Below, in pieces: positions 61,558 to 64,000 of a stretch of DNA of 64,000 nucleotides. Numbering within the stretch: position 1 is the stretch's first letter; each line of letters begins with the position of its first letter. Below the pieces are notes generated by a model. That model ran no database searches and was not told the DNA's origin. It was given only the letters and a program-made list of their open reading frames with translations. Where the stretch lies: assembly GCA_043228905.1 (NCBI GenBank), contig JBHGNT010000016.1, forward strand, positions 5,952,001 through 6,016,000, in the 5' to 3' direction. The stretch comes from Azolla caroliniana. Lineage: Eukaryota > Plantae > Polypodiophyta. Both the position numbers and the translations under genes were made by a program.

Positions 61558-63999
61558 TCACGGATGTTTATCATAATATTTTTCTCTCATAGCTTCAATT
61601 GTTTCAGCTTCATCTACCATACCTGCTGCCATATAGATGTTACTCATGCATATGAATGCGGCTTCATTATTACTCTCTAGCTTCACCACATGTTCAAATG
61701 CCAATCTTCCAAGCTTCACATTTCCCCATTTCCTGCATGCACCCAAGAGAGAATCCCAAAGTGGAAGGTAATTGGTAGAAGGCATCCCAATAATAACTGC
61801 AATAGCCTTGTCAAAGTGTCCTACCCGACCAAAAAGATCAACCATACAACTGTGATGCTCAGCATGCGGTATAATGCCATAGATTTTGCTCATATTCTCA
61901 AAATACATCTGGCCTTCATTGACTAGTCCTGAATGACTACATGCACATAGCACCGAGAGGAATATGGTTGGGTTTGGGGAGATGCCATGGCCTAGTGACT
62001 GTCTAAAGCATGCTAAAGCTTCCTCCCCAAGCCCATGTTGTGCATATCCAGAAATTAGAGTGGACCATGACACTACGTCCCAAATTTGAAGAGCATCAAA
62101 TGTTTCTTGTGCTTGTTCGAGCACCCCACATCTAGCATACATATCCACCAGCGCGTTTCCAAGTGAAATATTGTTCATCAAAAGGCCCTTGCCAATAATC
62201 TCTTCATGCATTTGTTTGCCTTTTTCTATTGCACCAGCGCTGCCACATGCCTTCAAGATGCATGTAAAGGTGATGGAATTTGGAGACAGGCCTTCAAATT
62301 TCATATGTTGAAGAAAGTCCAAGACTTCCTCACCCTGCCCCTGAAGGGCATATCCTGCAATTAGTGCATTCCACGATACTACATTCCGCCTAGGAAGCTC
62401 GTCCAACAGCTTTTGTGCTTTTGTAAGTGCACCACATTTAGCATACATACCAATCAAAGCATTACCCAGCGAGATATCCTTTCCTAATAACCCCTTAATG
62501 ACAAGGTCGGTATGAATTAGCTCCCCCTTATTAATTGCTCCCACATTACTACATGCCTTCAGGATGCAAATGAATGAGATTTCATCCGGAGAGAGTCCCT
62601 CTTGTTGCATTTGTTCAAAACATTTCAATGCTTCCTCACCTTGTCCTTGATTGGCATATCCCACAATCAATGAGGACCAAGAGACAGCATCTCGAATTAA
62701 TAGTTCATCAAGAATTTCTTTTGCCTTTCCAAGTGCGCCACATTTGGCATACATATCAACCAATGCATTATTAAGGCCAATATCCTTCCCTAAAAACCCT
62801 TTGTTAACAATATCTTCATGGATTTGCCGGCCTTTCTCAACAGCTCCTATGCTACCACATGCTTTCAAAACAGAGATAAATGTGATCTCATTTGGAGAAC
62901 ATCCTTCATATGTCATTCGTTCAAACATTCTCATTGCTTCCGCACCTTGTCCATGTGTGGCATATCCCGAGATTAATGTTGTCCATGAAGCAATATCCCT
63001 CACAAAAAGATCATCAAATGCTTGCCGTGCTTTTGTAAGAGCACCACATTTGGCATACATATCCACCACAGCATTCCCAAGAAAGACATTTTCTCCTAAT
63101 AAACCCCTGCTAATAATCTCATCATGAATTTCTTTGCCTTTATTGATCGCGCCAATCCTGCCACATGCCTTCAAAATGCTGGTGAAAGCTATGGCATCGG
63201 GAAAGACACCATCTCTTTTCATTTGCTCAAAACAATCAATTGCTTCTACACATTGACCTTGGTTGGTATAGCCCATGATAAGGGCCGACCATGAGACTAC
63301 ATTGGCCATAGGCAGTATCCCCAATACATGTTTGGCTGTTTCCATCACCCCACATTTTGCATACATGTCAACTAAAGCATTGCCAAGAGAAATTTCATCT
63401 TCACTGGTGTCAGCATGTATTTCTTTAAACTTATCACAGGATCGAAATTCTAACAACTCTTTATTTTTAACGTCTTCACGAATTCTTTTACCGTTAGCAA
63501 AGGCATATTGAATCCCTGACAGTTCATTCTCACTAAACTTATCACGTATTTCTTTATCCTTATCACAGAGAAACCGAGATCTTAATAACCCATTCTTCCA
63601 AATTTCGTCATGAATTTCTTTACCCTTATCAAGGGATCGAGCACGGCCACAAGCCATCAATGCCGAAGTAAAGGTGACCGCATTTGGCAATAAGCCATCA
63701 CTTCGCATTCGGATGAAACATCGAAGAGCTTCTTCTGGGAGCCCATTTCGGACATATCCGGAAATCATTACATTCCATGAAGCAATATTCCGATCCGGAA
63801 GCTCATCAAACACATTTTGTGCTTTTGAGATCAAACCACATTTTATATACATGTTGATTAGACTAGTGCCCACATAAGGATTCCTTCCAAAAAGCCCCTT
63901 CTGAACAATATTTTCATGTATTCTCATACCATTTTGTAGGTCTTTATTCCTTGCACATTCCTTAAGGGACACCACAAAAGCAATACCTTCTTTGTTATT
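61558..63999 (-). CDS. PLS-class pentatricopeptide repeat protein with E domain, no DYW; 5' end lies beyond the window
   Basis: Repeated P-L-S triplets (GNALVDMYAKCG / VSWxxLIxGY / TFxxILKACG), then HHSCMVDLFGRVG, WDSLLGACRKWGNVKLGR and ICMSNIYMAAG (E1/E2). The frame is open to the window edge and intronless. Confidence 0.95.
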   Translation of the reverse strand, partial: NNKEGIAFVVSLKECARNKDLQNGMRIHENIVQKGLFGRNPYVGTSLINMYIKCGLISKAQNVFDELPDRNIASWNVMISGYVRNGLPEEALRCFIRMRSDGLLPNAVTFTSALMACGRARSLDKGKEIHDEIWKNGLLRSRFLCDKDKEIRDKFSENELSGIQYAFANGKRIREDVKNKELLEFRSCDKFKEIHADTSEDEISLGNALVDMYAKCGVMETAKHVLGILPMANVVSWSALIMGYTNQGQCVEAIDCFEQMKRDGVFPDAIAFTSILKACGRIGAINKGKEIHDEIISRGLLGENVFLGNAVVDMYAKCGALTKARQAFDDLFVRDIASWTTLISGYATHGQGAEAMRMFERMTYEGCSPNEITFISVLKACGSIGAVEKGRQIHEDIVNKGFLGKDIGLNNALVDMYAKCGALGKAKEILDELLIRDAVSWSSLIVGYANQGQGEEALKCFEQMQQEGLSPDEISFICILKACSNVGAINKGELIHTDLVIKGLLGKDISLGNALIGMYAKCGALTKAQKLLDELPRRNVVSWNALIAGYALQGQGEEVLDFLQHMKFEGLSPNSITFTCILKACGSAGAIEKGKQMHEEIIGKGLLMNNISLGNALVDMYARCGVLEQAQETFDALQIWDVVSWSTLISGYAQHGLGEEALACFRQSLGHGISPNPTIFLSVLCACSHSGLVNEGQMYFENMSKIYGIIPHAEHHSCMVDLFGRVGHFDKAIAVIIGMPSTNYLPLWDSLLGACRKWGNVKLGRLAFEHVVKLESNNEAAFICMSNIYMAAGMVDEAETIEAMREKYYDKHP

Positions 64000-64000
64000 G

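Noticed and set aside
7718-63999. Functional gene cluster of gene-expression regulators (methyltransferase, RS2Z, SAGA subunit, PPR)
   Set aside because: The genes act in unrelated pathways and are separated by 10-20 kb of repeats; nothing in the sequence supports co-regulation.

Overview
Repeat-rich plant nuclear DNA, most likely a fern or another early-diverging vascular plant (inferred from the style of the PLS-class PPR gene and the intron/TE content). Five host protein-coding genes are supported: an 8-exon METTL18/HPM1-type histidine methyltransferase (+, 7718-11973); an intronless DUF1645-like gene with a very large Asn/His-rich insertion (+, 31047-32357); an RS2Z-type SR splicing factor (+, 37898-41510); a 15-exon SAGA subunit of the SCS1/SCS2 (ADA3-like) family (+, 51319-58675); and a PLS-E PPR protein that runs off the window edge (-, 61558->64000). 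Most of the rest is transposon-derived. At 1-2.5 kb a hAT MITE sits inside a solo LTR that interrupts a gypsy pol. At 14.8-29.7 kb a Ty1-copia contains a Mutator derivative that contains a young Ty1-copia, all between two gypsy LTR copies. There are also several TSD-bounded solo LTRs, two tRNA-derived SINE families and two clear hairpins. I see no convincing new multi-gene system. The most unusual signals are the DUF1645 insertion, the four-fold repeated PPR helix, the paired SINEs upstream of two genes and the intronic hairpin. All family assignments come from recalled motifs, not database searches.
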